DNA of 63,952 bases, the filler included, from Octopus bimaculoides (Eukaryota), in the NCBI RefSeq assembly GCF_001194135.2. It is 5 parts of 5 records of this genome, joined end to end, with 100 filler letters (N's around TTAATTAATTAA, not from the genome) between each part and the next. Parts side by side here need not be neighbours in the genome. Positions count along the whole stretch, not along the records: positions 34,523 to 47,328 come from NC_069005.1; positions 47,429 to 62,798 come from NC_068984.1; 3 more parts are not named here. One strand, written 5' to 3'. A model generated the notes under the pieces. That model ran no database searches, was not told the DNA's origin, and saw only the letters and a list, made by a program, of their open reading frames with translations. Positions 39,524 through 51,221 of this stretch are shown here, in pieces (the first letter of the stretch is position 1; each line of letters opens with the position of its first letter). Both the position numbers and the translations under genes were made by a program.

Positions 39524-41387
39524 GAGAGAGAGAGGAAAGAGAGAGTGAGGGGCAGAGCTATAAACGAGAGTGTATGTATATGTAGTGTGTTTGTGTCTGT
39601 GTGTGTATATGTGTGCATGTGCGTTTTTGTGCGTTTGTGTATCGTCACTGTGTACGCTTGTGTGTGTGTGCGTGTGTGCATATGTGTGAGCGCGCGTAAG
39701 CGCGCGAGCGTAGAGCCAAGAATGACATCAACGACGAACGATAAATGCGAAGTAAAAATATTAGCAAAGGAAATTGTCTCGTTTAAAGTGCTTGTTAAGA
39801 TATGTAGCAAGATAAGGGAGCTTGTTGAAACGCATCATCTGCAGTCTATTAGATGTACACCGTGTGCAGCTGTTTACTTCGTTCATTTAAAACTACCGAA
39901 ACGATGTTCCTTCCACTAGTGCTGGTGGTGGTGGTGGTGGTGGTGGTGGTAGTCGTGGTCGTAGTCGTGGTACTAAGCCGTGTGTTACCGTATTCTCTCT
40001 GCCTTTCTCTCTACTTTTCCTTCCATCTTTCTTAGNNNNNNNNNNNNNNNNNNNNNNNNNNNNNNNNNNNNNNNNNNNNNNNNNNNNNNNNNNNNNNNNN
40101 NNNNNNNNNNNNNNNNNNNNNNNNNNNNNNNNNNNNNNNNNNNNNNNNNNNNNNNNNNNNNNNNNNNNNNNNNNNNNNNNNNNNNNNNNNNNNNNNNNNN
40201 NNNNNNNNNNNNNNNNNNNNNNNNNNNNNNNNNNNNNNNNNNNNNNNNNNNNNNNNNNNNNNNNNNNNNNNNNNNNNNNNNNNNNNNNNNNNNNNNNNNN
40301 NNNNNNNNNNNNNNNNNNNNNNNNNNNNNNNNNNNNNNNNNNNNNNNNNNNNNNNNNNNNNNNNNNNNNNNNNNNNNNNNNNNNNNNNNNNNNNNNNNNN
40401 NNNNNNNNNNNNNNNNNNNNNNNNNNNNNNNNNNNNNNNNNNNNNNNNNNNNNNNNNNNNNNNNNNNNNNNNNNNNNNNNNNNNNNNNNNNNNNNNNNNN
40501 NNNNNNNNNNNNNNNNNNNNNNNNNNNNNNNNNNNNNNNNNNNNNNNNNNNNNNNNNNNNNNNNNNNNNNNNNNNNNNNNNNNNNNNNNNNNNNNNNNNN
40601 NNNNNNNNNNNNNNNNNNNNNNNNNNNNNNNNNNNNNNNNNNNNNNNNNNNNNNNNNNNNNNNNNNNNNNNNNNNNNNNNNNNNNNNNNNNNNNNNNNNN
40701 NNNNNNNNNNNNNNNNNNNNNNNNNNNNNNNNNNNNNNNNNNNNNNNNNNNNNNNNNNNNNNNNNNNNNNNNNNNNNNNNNNNNNNNNNNNNNNNNNNNN
40801 NNNNNNNNNNNNNNNNNNNNNNNNNNNNNNNNNNNNNNNNNNNNNNNNNNNNNNNNNNNNNNNNNNNNNNNNNNNNNNNNNNNNNNNNNNNNNNNNNNNN
40901 NNNNNNNTTGAAGGTAGGGGTAGTGGGAGTGGTGGTTGTGGTGGTTGTGGTTGTGGCTGTGATGACGGTGGCGGTAGTGGTGGTGGTGGTAGTGGTGACG
41001 GTGCTGGTAGTGGCGTTAGTGGTGGGGGTGGTGGTTGCGGTGGTGGTAGTGGGAGTGATACTGGTAAGGGACTAATGGTGGCGATGCTTGCTGTGGCTGT
41101 TTCTGATGAGGCAGAAAATATTTTTAGGAGCGAAACGTAGTTTGTCGAGTTTGATCTTGTTTGGAGACATATTACATGTTCGACAACCATAACGGCAGCA
41201 ACGACAGCAGAGCAGCAGGGGTTGCAGCAGCAGCAACAACAGCAGTCGGCCGTCATTTGATATAGTGCCATTATTGAAGAATGAACAGGAAAATGGTCTC
41301 CACTTCCATATTTCTCTGGCGATGGACTCGACTCAAACTGATCGAGAAAACCTTAAATCTTTCTTATGCCACGTTCGAAGCGTTGCA

Positions 41388-41439
<52 letters not shown>

Positions 41440-41467
41440 ACACACACACACACACACACACGTTATT

Positions 41468-41957
41468 TGTTTTCTTTATTTCTGTGACTTGGCTTAGTCA
41501 TTAGATTGCGGCCATGCTGTAGCACCACCTTGAAGACTTTCTCGGATTAATCGACACAAAACACAGGCCATGTAAAACTTGCCCCGCTCTCTCTCCTTCT
41601 GGACGTTTCTCTTTAGTTACTGGTCAATCGTAGTCAATCGCATCGTTCTAGCCGTGACCATCACATCTTAGATTGTCACAAAATGCTTCGTTATCCTCGT
41701 TATCTTATGCGGCATTCATTCTATCGGGTTTCTTTTGCCGGACCACCAAGTTATACGGACGTAAACACGCCAACACCGGTTGTTAAGTGGTGATGGTGGT
41801 GGTGGAGGGGGTACAAACGCAAACACACACGAACACACACACACACATATATTCGACGGGCTTTTTTCAGTTTCTACCGGCCCGTAGCTATAACAGAAGA
41901 CACTCGCCGAAGATGCCACGCAGTGGGACTGAACCCGGAACCATGTGGTTGGGGACG
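41468..41957 (-). mobile_element. CORE-type SINE with an unrelated insert of about 140 bp
   Basis: Reverse complement is colinear with 37273-37670 except for about 41560-41700. Confidence 0.8.
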
Positions 41958-42973
41958 CACTCGTATGACGTGTGCTAGAAATAGTAACCAGATCTCCTTC
42001 ACATCACAATGCACCCGGTTTTAAAATTATATGGTACACTATATAACGTAGTAGTCCTACGTACTCCCTAAATAGATGGGAGGATCATGGCTGGAACGGC
42101 ATTCAATCTACCCGAGAAATGCTAACTAGTGAATAACACCAAAATATCACCAGCCAATCACCTCATCATCATCATCATTACCATGATCATCATCATCATC
42201 ATCATCACCAATGTCATCATTGTCAACATCCCATCACCGCCACCACCAGCACCACCACCAGCACCACCACCNNNNNNNNNNNNNNNNNNNNNNNNNNNNN
42301 NNNNNNNNNNNNNNNNNNNNNNNNNNNNNNNNNNNNNNNNNNNNNNNNNNNNNNNNNNNNNNNNNNNNNNNNNNNNNNNNNNNNNNNNNNNNNNNNNNNN
42401 NNNNNNNNNNNNNNNNNNNNNNNNNNNNNNNNNNNNNNNNNNNNNNNNNNNNNNNNNNNNNNNNNNNNNNNNNNNNNNNNNNNNNNNNNNNNNNNNNNNN
42501 NNNNNNNNNNNNNNNNNNNNNNNNNNNNNNNNNNNNNNNNNNNNNNNNNNNNNNNNNNNNNNNNNNNNNNNNNNNNNNNNNNNNNNNNNNNNNNNNNNNN
42601 NNNNNNNNNNNNNNNNNNNNNNNNNNNNNNNNNNNNNNNNNNNNNNNNNNNNNNNNNNNNNNNNNGATAAATGCTTACTTCCCGCCCGACCCCAACCCAC
42701 CCGTGCCAATCCTCACTGACACCCTTGTCGCACCCCCAATCCCACACCACAATCCTTACCATGGTTCCTCGCTAGCCTTCCTCTCTCTATCCCTCCTCTA
42801 CATAATATCCTCTCCCTTCTACCACGAAATGCATTCGCTTACCTCACACTTCAGTCTCTCTCTCTCTCTCTACAACGTCACTGCCTTTCCTCTACTCTCT
42901 CTCTCTCTTTCTCTCTCCCTCTCTCTCTCTCTATCTATCTATTTGTCTATCTATCTATCTATCTATCTATTTA

Positions 42974-43019
<46 letters not shown>

Positions 43020-43028
43020 CGTTTGTCC

Positions 43029-43059
<31 letters not shown>

Positions 43060-43285
43060 CATCCGTCCTTCCGTCTATCTATCTATCTATCTATCTATCT
43101 ATACATCCATCCATCCGTCTGTCTGTCTGTCTGTCTGTCTTTCAACTTATCTATCTATTTACCTCTAACGCATTCTATTTATCTACCTATCTACCTATAT
43201 GCAGTTTTTCGCAACAGAATGCTCAGAGAGACAAAGAGAGAGTAAGAGATAGAGAGAGGGAGAGAGAGAGAGAGATAGAGAGAGG

Positions 43286-43327
<42 letters not shown>

Positions 43328-43803
43328 AACTTAGAGAAAGAGTGCGTATGTACATGACAAGCAGAAGAAGAGGGAGAAGAGATAGATTGAAAGAGAGAGA
43401 GAGGGAGAGAGAAAGATAAGAGTAGGAGATATTACAATGGGTGTTGCGTGGACGGGAGGGGAAGATGTGATGCAAATTGTGTGTGACAGAATTAGAAAAA
43501 CGGTGAGTCGGGGGAGGGTGAGAGGGGAGGCGGGTGAGAGAGGAAAGACGTGAGCAGAGGAGGGAGAGGACAGAGTAGGAGACAGAAAATATGAAGGGGT
43601 GGGGGTGGGGTGATGAAGTGCAAAGTGTACAGTTATATGTGTGTGTGTGTATGTGTGTGTATACACACACATATGTATATATGCATACACACATACACGA
43701 ATACATACATACACATACACACACACATATATATGTATATATACACGTCTATGGATATGCGTATATATTTGTGTGTGTGTGTGTGCATATATATGTATGT
43801 ATA

Positions 43804-43840
<37 letters not shown>

Positions 43841-44146
43841 NNNNNNNNNNNNNNNNNNNNNNNNNNNNNNNNNNNNNNNNNNNNNNNNNNNNNNNNNNNN
43901 NNNNNNNNNNNNNNNNNNNNNNNNNNNNNNNNNNNNNNNNNNNNNNNNNNNNNNNNNNNNNNNNNNNNNNNNNNNNNNNNNNNNNNNNNNNNNNNNNNNN
44001 NNNNNNNNNNNNNNNNNNNNNNNNNNNNNNNNNNNNNNNNNNNNNNNNNNNNNNNNNNNNNNNNNNNNNNNNNNNNNNNNNNNNNNNNNNNNNNNNNNNN
44101 NNNNNNNNNNNNNNNNNNNNNNNNNNNNNNNNNNNNNNNNNNNNNN

Positions 44147-44200
<54 letters not shown>

Positions 44201-44343
44201 GAGATAGATAGAGAGAGAAAAGAGAAGAGAAAGAAAGCAAGAAAGAGCAAGGAGGGAAAAGAGGGGAGAAACGTAAATAGGAGAGGGAGATGAAAGAACT
44301 CTAAGTGCGTCAATAAAACAAGAAGTGATTTGTTACAGCTCAA

Positions 44344-44526
44344 GCGACATCTGGTGGTGACCTTTGCATTGCGTTTCTGCTCTTCTTGTATCAAATTGAC
44401 TTACGTTTTGAATGTATGACCTGTGGCGGCACCTAGTGTTATGTATCTGTATTTAGTGTTTCCAGCTCTGAGTGTGAGAATTGACGTTCTATTAAATATA
44501 TAACAATCAGCAACGCCCTCTGGTGG
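44344..44526 (-). promoter_or_regulatory. Three co-oriented CTCF-like motifs (44344-44357, 44426-44439, 44513-44526)
   Basis: Minus-strand readings CCACCAGATGTCGC, ACACTAGGTGCCGC and CCACCAGAGGGCGT against the consensus CCACYAGRKGGCRS. Confidence 0.55.
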
Positions 44527-44857
44527 CGACCTATGTAACCAGGTCCACCATTTTTGTTTTGCTCTACAAGAAACTGATATTATTTATTCATTAAAAGTGC
44601 AGGCGATAATAGGGTTGTTGCAATGCCGGATAAAGTGCTTCATGGAATGCCGGATGAATTGCTTTGTAGTTACCTAACATCGAATTTCTGATTTTATACG
44701 TTGTCCAAAATTTAGACTTCGCATTCACTTCTGTCTGTTGTCAATACCTGTAATATACTGCAGGCCCACCGGCTCAGCTTTCTTGTGCCCTCTGATCTCT
44801 CGATGACATTCTGGTCTCGATACAATGCAAAATAAACATAATTTACAACAAACATGC

Positions 44858-45143
44858 GCTGGCGAGGCTGTGTGGTTAAAGAGCTCGCTTTGTAACTGTA
44901 TTATTTCGAGAACTGTCCCACAGCATGGCAAGTGTTTTCTTCTACAGCTGGGGAGAAGATCGTTACCTTGAGAGTCATTTTGAACGAAAGAAACTGTACG
45001 GAAGCCCATCATGTACACACACAAGCACATATCTTTTATCTTTTGCTTGTTTCATTCATCAGACTGCGAATTTCTTTGCGTCTAAGCTCTTCAACGTGAA
45101 GCCTCAGCATGGTCGCAATCCAATGACTGACACAAGTAAAGAC
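44858..45143 (+). mobile_element. Degenerate, internally deleted CORE-type SINE
   Basis: Head GGCTGTGTGGTTAAAGAGC, GGCAAGTGT core and GCATGGTCGCAATCCAATGACTGACACAAGTAAA tail. Confidence 0.65.
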
Positions 45144-45278
45144 ATCTTATTGGTACAATCCCCGCTTGTTTGATTGCAAACACCTGAAGACGCTCACACA
45201 GCTTCAGTTCGTCAGAGATTTTAAACTCGTTACATTTACGTAGAAGAGTTTCAACCGGGTTTGTTGTTTTGTAAGGAA

Positions 45279-45320
<42 letters not shown>

Positions 45321-46357
45321 NNNNNNNNNNNNNNNNNNNNNNNNNNNNNNNNNNNNNNNNNNNNNNNNNNNNNNNNNNNNNNNNNNNNNNNNNNNNNNNN
45401 NNNNNNNNNNNNNNNNNNNNNNNNNNNNNNNNNNNNNNNNNNNNNNNNNNNNNNNNNNNNNNNNNNNNNNNNNNNNNNNNNNNNNNNNNNNNNNNNNNNN
45501 NNNNNNNNNNNNNNNNNNNNNNNNNNNNNNNNNNNNNNNNNNNNNNNNNNNNNNNNNNNNNNNNNNNNNNNNNNNNNNNNNNNNNNNNNNNNNNNNNNNN
45601 NNNNNNNNNNNNNNNNNNNNNNNNNNNNNNNNNNNNNNNNNNNNNNNNNNNNNNNNNNNNNNNNNNNNNNNNNNNNNNNNNNNNNNNNNNNNNNNNNNNN
45701 NNNNNNNNNNNNNNNNNNNNNNNNNNNNNNNNNNNNNNNNNNNNNNNNNNNNNNNNNNNNNNNNNNNNNNNNNNNNNNNNNNNNNNNNNNNNNNNNNNNN
45801 NNNNNNNNNNNNNNNNNNNNNNNNNNNNNNNNNNNNNNNNNNNNNNNNNNNNNNNNNNNNNNNNNNNNNNNNNNNNNNNNNNNNNNNNNNNNNNNNNNNN
45901 NNNNNNNNNNNNNNNNNNNNNNNNNNNNNNNNNNNNNNNNNNNNNNNNNNNNNNNNNNNNNNNNNNNNNNNNNNNNNNNNNNNNNNNNNNNNNNNNNNNN
46001 NNNNNNNNNNNNNNNNNNNNNNNNNNNNNNNNNNNNNNNNNNNNNNNNNNNNNNNNNNNNNNNNNNNNNNNNNNNNNNNNNNNNNNNNNNNNNNNNNNNN
46101 NNNNNNNNNNNNNNNNNNNNNNNNNNNNNNNNNNNNNNNNNNNNNNNNNNNNNNNNNNNNNNNNNNNNNNNNNNNNNNNNNNNNNNNNNNNNNNNNNNNN
46201 NNNNNNNNNNNNNNNNNNNNNNNNNNNNNNNNNNNNNNNNNNNNNNNNNNNNNNNNNNNNNNNNNNNNNNNNNNNNNNNNNNNNNNNNNNNNNTATGTGT
46301 ATATATATATATATATACGAATACATACATGTACATACATATATAAGTGGTGGTGTA

Positions 46358-46405
<48 letters not shown>

Positions 46406-46622
46406 GTCATACCCATACACACTCCCACGTATATCAAGGGATGATGGTACTTGAGTGTTGTGGATCACAAAGAAGTATATATTCCAGGTTATATGCATTC
46501 GTAAAGACTATTATAGACATGCGTATATGCATACACGCAGCTTTATGTATACATGTGCATACGCGACAATATGTGTGTGTGTCTGCGTGTTTGCACTCAC
46601 ACTCCTCTGTGCGTGTGTGCAA

Positions 46623-46666
<44 letters not shown>

Positions 46667-46843
46667 TCAGAGTTTGATATTAATTAAGTTAATAGGTTCT
46701 CGTGTTCTTTGCGTAAATCGTGATGGTTGTGTCGACAACAATGGTGTTTTCTGTGACGTTTCTGAAATCGAATGATACTGAGACGGATACATATATATAT
46801 ATATATTAAAATTAAGGATTACACATATATCTGCATATATGGG

Positions 46844-46875
<32 letters not shown>

Positions 46876-47289
46876 GGGATAGATAGACGGAGATTACTGA
46901 AATATACATAAGTGGAAATATAGATAGAAAGGTACAGAGATAGATAAATAGATAAATGGTTAAAGTAAGGAATCACCAGCGCCAGAATAAATTTGGTAAA
47001 TTGTTGCATGTTCTGAGATGAAGGCATCCTCTCTAATGATATTTCTCCTTCTATGGTGAAGCCAAAATTCTCTACCATAAGTTGGTAAAAACCAAATTTT
47101 TCAGGGAAACATGTTAATTCGATGCTTCTAGATAATCGAAGCTGTTTCTTTTTTTATTATTTTACACGAATTTTTAGTTCATATTTGTTTTTTATTTCTC
47201 AATATATATAGTATCGCTTATCTTCAGTATTAATGTCTTTTAATATATATATGTGTGTATGTATGTATGTATGTATGTATGTATGTATG

Positions 47290-47328
<39 letters not shown>

Positions 47329-47372
47329 NNNNNNNNNNNNNNNNNNNNNNNNNNNNNNNNNNNNNNNNNNNN

Positions 47373-47384
47373 TTAATTAATTAA
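47373..47384. other. Artificial scaffolding linker TTAATTAATTAA; the Helitron is cut off at this gap
   Basis: Centred in a 100-bp gap. Confidence 0.9.
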
Positions 47385-47429
47385 NNNNNNNNNNNNNNNN
47401 NNNNNNNNNNNNNNNNNNNNNNNNNNNNT

Positions 47430-47826
47430 GGGAAGCTCGCACAGCAGCCATGTTGGCAGCATTCCTGAGCAGTCGTGTAGTGCGTTTTTTTTTCTTCTCT
47501 GCAGCTCGTGCAGCAGCAGTTGAGGCAGCATCAGCAGTTCGTCGAATTTGACGCTGGTGTAGAGTCTGTGCAGCTCGTGCAGCAGCAGGTGAGGCAGCAT
47601 TAGCAGTTTGTTGAAGTTCTGCAGCTTGTGCAGGTGAGGCAGCATCAGCACTTCGTCGAAGTGTACGCTGGTGATCTGTTTGGAGTGCTCTTGAAGTGGC
47701 TGTACGTTCAGCATTTTGTGATCATCTAATGTCAGTTTTGAATGACAATTCATTTGCCCTTCTTGCTGATGATGTTGCAGCTTTCGCAGTTTTGCGTCCA
47801 ATTGAAGAAGTCTTTCTTCGGGGCAT
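47430..47826 (-). pseudogene. Helitron Rep/helicase N-terminus with 23-aa STPR-like repeats; in-frame stop at codon 35
   Basis: MPRRKTSSIGRKTAKAATSSARRANE..DIR*SQNAERTATSRA..ANAASPAAARAAQTLHQRQIRRT-ADAASTAAARAAEKKKKRTTRLL-RNAANMAAVRAS. The ATG is preceded by a ttttag acceptor. This is not the frame shown in the ORF track. Confidence 0.72.
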
Positions 47827-50800
47827 GATCTAAAATAAGTATGATGAAATGCAGTGAGTACACTGTTAAGTGTGAAATAATAATGGAATGGCTATTATGT
47901 AAGTGTAGATAAGTTGCAAACTTGCAAATGCTGCAGTAATAATGAAGTGGTATTAGAACGGTAAATGTGTCAAATAAGATGATGTTAGTGTTATGACATG
48001 AAACTGGAAACAGTTGTGAAAGGCATGGCGAGAGAAATGGTAATAGCAAAGGAGAAAGTGTTAATGAAATGCGTTGGGAAAGTTATCGTTTGTGTGGACA
48101 TGAATTTTGGGTGCTGTTTGTCAAGGCATGTCTGGTCTGTCGTATAGATTGGATAAGGAAAGGGTTAATGAAAGAGCAATTGGATGAATTGATTAGGTTT
48201 GTTTATTTGTACTGGTGTTGTTGAAGCTGCCGTTGATGCTGCATGTGAGTGTAGGAATGGTTATAGGTAAGTTAGTCGGTGTGCAGGTGCACATAAAGGA
48301 AGAAGGGAAAAAGTATTGTTAAATTTGTATGTGTGCAGTGGCACGCATTTCAGTAATAAGTGAAAGAAGTGGGAGTGTTATCACTACGTATGAAGTACCC
48401 CGTTAGCCTATTGTTAATGAAAGAAATTGAAGAGAATAGGAAATGTAAGAAATGAAATGAAGAAATGTAAAAGATTGCTCGGTGGCCGCATTAGGGAAGA
48501 AGTATGGAATTATTTGGAAAGAAATGAAAATGTGGGAAGTAGGAGTCGTGACAGGGAATAGAAAAAGGAAGGTATTATTGTAGCATAATTTGAATGTCCA
48601 TGATGGAAGACATATGAATGCGCTGGAAAAAAAAGAAAGAGAATTGTTGGGAGTTGCTTTGCAGGTGTACTTTTAGACATGAGCGAAATTGTTTTGTATT
48701 TGTAAGACGTCGTGCTACCACTGAAGAGGTATTTGTGAGAAGCCGTGAAGTGGTGGCACGTGTATCAGTAAGGATTGGAGAAAGTGGGATTGTTTTCGGC
48801 CGTTATGAAGTACCCTTTTCTCCTGTTGTTGAGGAAAGAAATTGAAAAGAAATGAAAATGTAAGAAATTGAGTGAAGCAATGTGTAGTGGAGTCACCCAA
48901 AATGTGGTGGAGTCACCAAAATGTGGGGGAGTAATGTTGTATGTTTGTGTTATCGTGTCAGGGTGCAATAGGCATGTGTTTGCCTGTGAAATAACAAAGT
49001 GATAACTATGTTCAACTATAACATACTTTATTTGCTGCATTGAACTCTGATGTTAGTAAATATTCTTCACCACTACATTATATTTTGGCAACTTACTTCG
49101 AGTTGCTAGGTAAAATGAAACCAGGATACATCTGTGGAGTTGATGTATCCGAAGACTAAATATGTTCGTGTGTGTGTGTGTGTATTCGTTCTTTCATCTT
49201 GCGTGGCACGGCCAATCTCTGTGTGATAGACGCAGAGCACTGGGTTGGTCTGTGTCGAATCACAGTCTCCGTCTGTCTCTGTCCCTGCTAAATTCTCCTA
49301 TTTAAAAATCAGGGGCAGCTAGAAGGATGGACATGCTGCAGCAGGTTTAGTACCTAAGTAGGTCAGTCACTGTCCAGTTGAACTTCGCTCGACATCTGTG
49401 AGGTTATATGGTCGAGGGGAGGCTATCCATCATTTTTTTGACAGGACAAAGAAAACCTAACTTCGCGCCTGTTGCTCACAGTAAATCCGACGAGGGAGAA
49501 TTCTGAGATTCGGTTTTGAATCTAAGCTTGGAGAAGGGAAATGTTAGTTTTTACAAATGTGAAAGATTGGTCGGTGTCGGCATTAGGGAACAAGTATTGA
49601 AAAAAATGTGAAAGAAGTGAAAATGTAAAAATTAGGATTAGGGAGAGTGAATTGAGAAGGAAAGGTATTATTTGTGCATAATTTGAATGTCCGTAATGGG
49701 AAACATATGAATTGGCTGAAAAAGAAAGAAAGGAAATGAAAACATTGAAGCGAAGCGAAAGGTTGGTCGGCGGCCGTAGTACGGAAGAAATATGGAATTA
49801 ATGTGAAAGAATTGAAAAGGTAAAAATCAGGAGTATGGACATTGAATGGAAAAGGAACAGTATTATTGTAGCAGTATTTGAAATTCCATGATGGGAAACA
49901 TATGAATGCAGTGGAAAGGAAAGACAGAAAAGTGTTTGAAGTTGATATGCATGAACAGATTTTGTTTGTATTTGTAAGACGTGTTGCTAGCACAGAACAG
50001 GTATTTAGGGAAAGCTGTTATGTGTTATCAACGCATGTTAGAAATAGCAGTGAAATGTGAAATATGAATGGAATTTTGAAAGGAAAAAGGTTACGTACCG
50101 AATTCAGCTGAATGAATGAATGTGCTTTCAGTATTGCTTTGATAGAGCAATGTTGTGAAGAGAAGATGATAGAAATTGTAAGAGGAAAGGAGACAGTGAC
50201 TATGAATTGCGTTCCGAATGTTATTTGCCTGGAAATGAATTCTGTCGTATATATAAAGAAACAGCCATGTAGAAGGATGAAGATATCAGTGTTGCTATAG
50301 TGTTGTGTGGTCGTATTAAGTGTCCGTAGACTATGAAGGTTAGAGGTGAAATGGATGACAATATATTTCAGTTTATAATTTAGTATCTCCTTAATATCTG
50401 TAAGCATGTTCCATTGTCCCATATTGAGAAGTAAGTTTTATTTCACTGTGGTGGTAGAGAAATGAGAATGAGATGCAAAGTGACAAAATTTTTGAGATAG
50501 TGGTTAAGTGGTGCTGTCCATACACTGGGAAGGTCAGAGGTGAAGTGGCTGACAATAGATTTCACTTGAGAAGGTATTATCTGGTTAATATCTGTTACCA
50601 TGTTCCATTGCCCCGTATTGATAAGTAAGTTGTATTTCACTGTGGTGGTAGAGAAATGAGAATGAGATGTAAGTAGACAAAATTTTAGAGATAGCAGTTA
50701 AGTGGTGCTATAGTCGTGTTGGGTCCTTAGAACTGTCGTTAGGGTAGGAAGGTTAGAGTTGAATTGGATGACAATATATTTGACTTGACAGGGTAGCATG

Positions 50801-51161
50801 TGGTTAATGTCTGTTACCATCTTCCATTATATCGTCGTGAGAATTAATTTGTATTTGCCTGCCGTGGTACTTAAATGAGAATGAGATGTAAGGGGACAAT
50901 GTTTTAGAGATTCCGGTTCGAATTGACATCAGTGTTTTTGTTTCACTTTTGACACATAATACTTAAATAATGGAAGAGATATAATGTTGCTGTGGACTGG
51001 AAGTATGCCATAAGTTAAAAACTGTTTTTGATTAAAACACAACCGGGACGCTAAGTAAGGTATGTGTAAAATTTGAATGAAATTGGTTGTGTAGTTCTCG
51101 AGTTTTAGGGATTCAGACAGACAGACAGACAGACACACATTCTCATTTTTATATATATAGA
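47430..51161 (-). mobile_element. Helitron, 5' portion (about 3.7 kb)
   Basis: Minus strand starts A|TCTATATATATAAAAATGAGAATGTGTGTCTGTCTGTCTG (5' TC after an A, followed by a microsatellite), then internal tandem blocks, then the Rep/helicase N-terminus. Confidence 0.78.
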
Positions 51162-51221
51162 TAAACATATATATATATAAACTATACCATTTTAATCCCG
51201 AGCAATGCCAGATATCTCTGC

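Noticed and set aside
47373-47801. Leu/Gln/His-rich 142-aa ORF in the track (and 6075-6593)
   Set aside because: It is an alternative frame of the Helitron 23-aa repeat region; the Ala-rich frame is the meaningful one.
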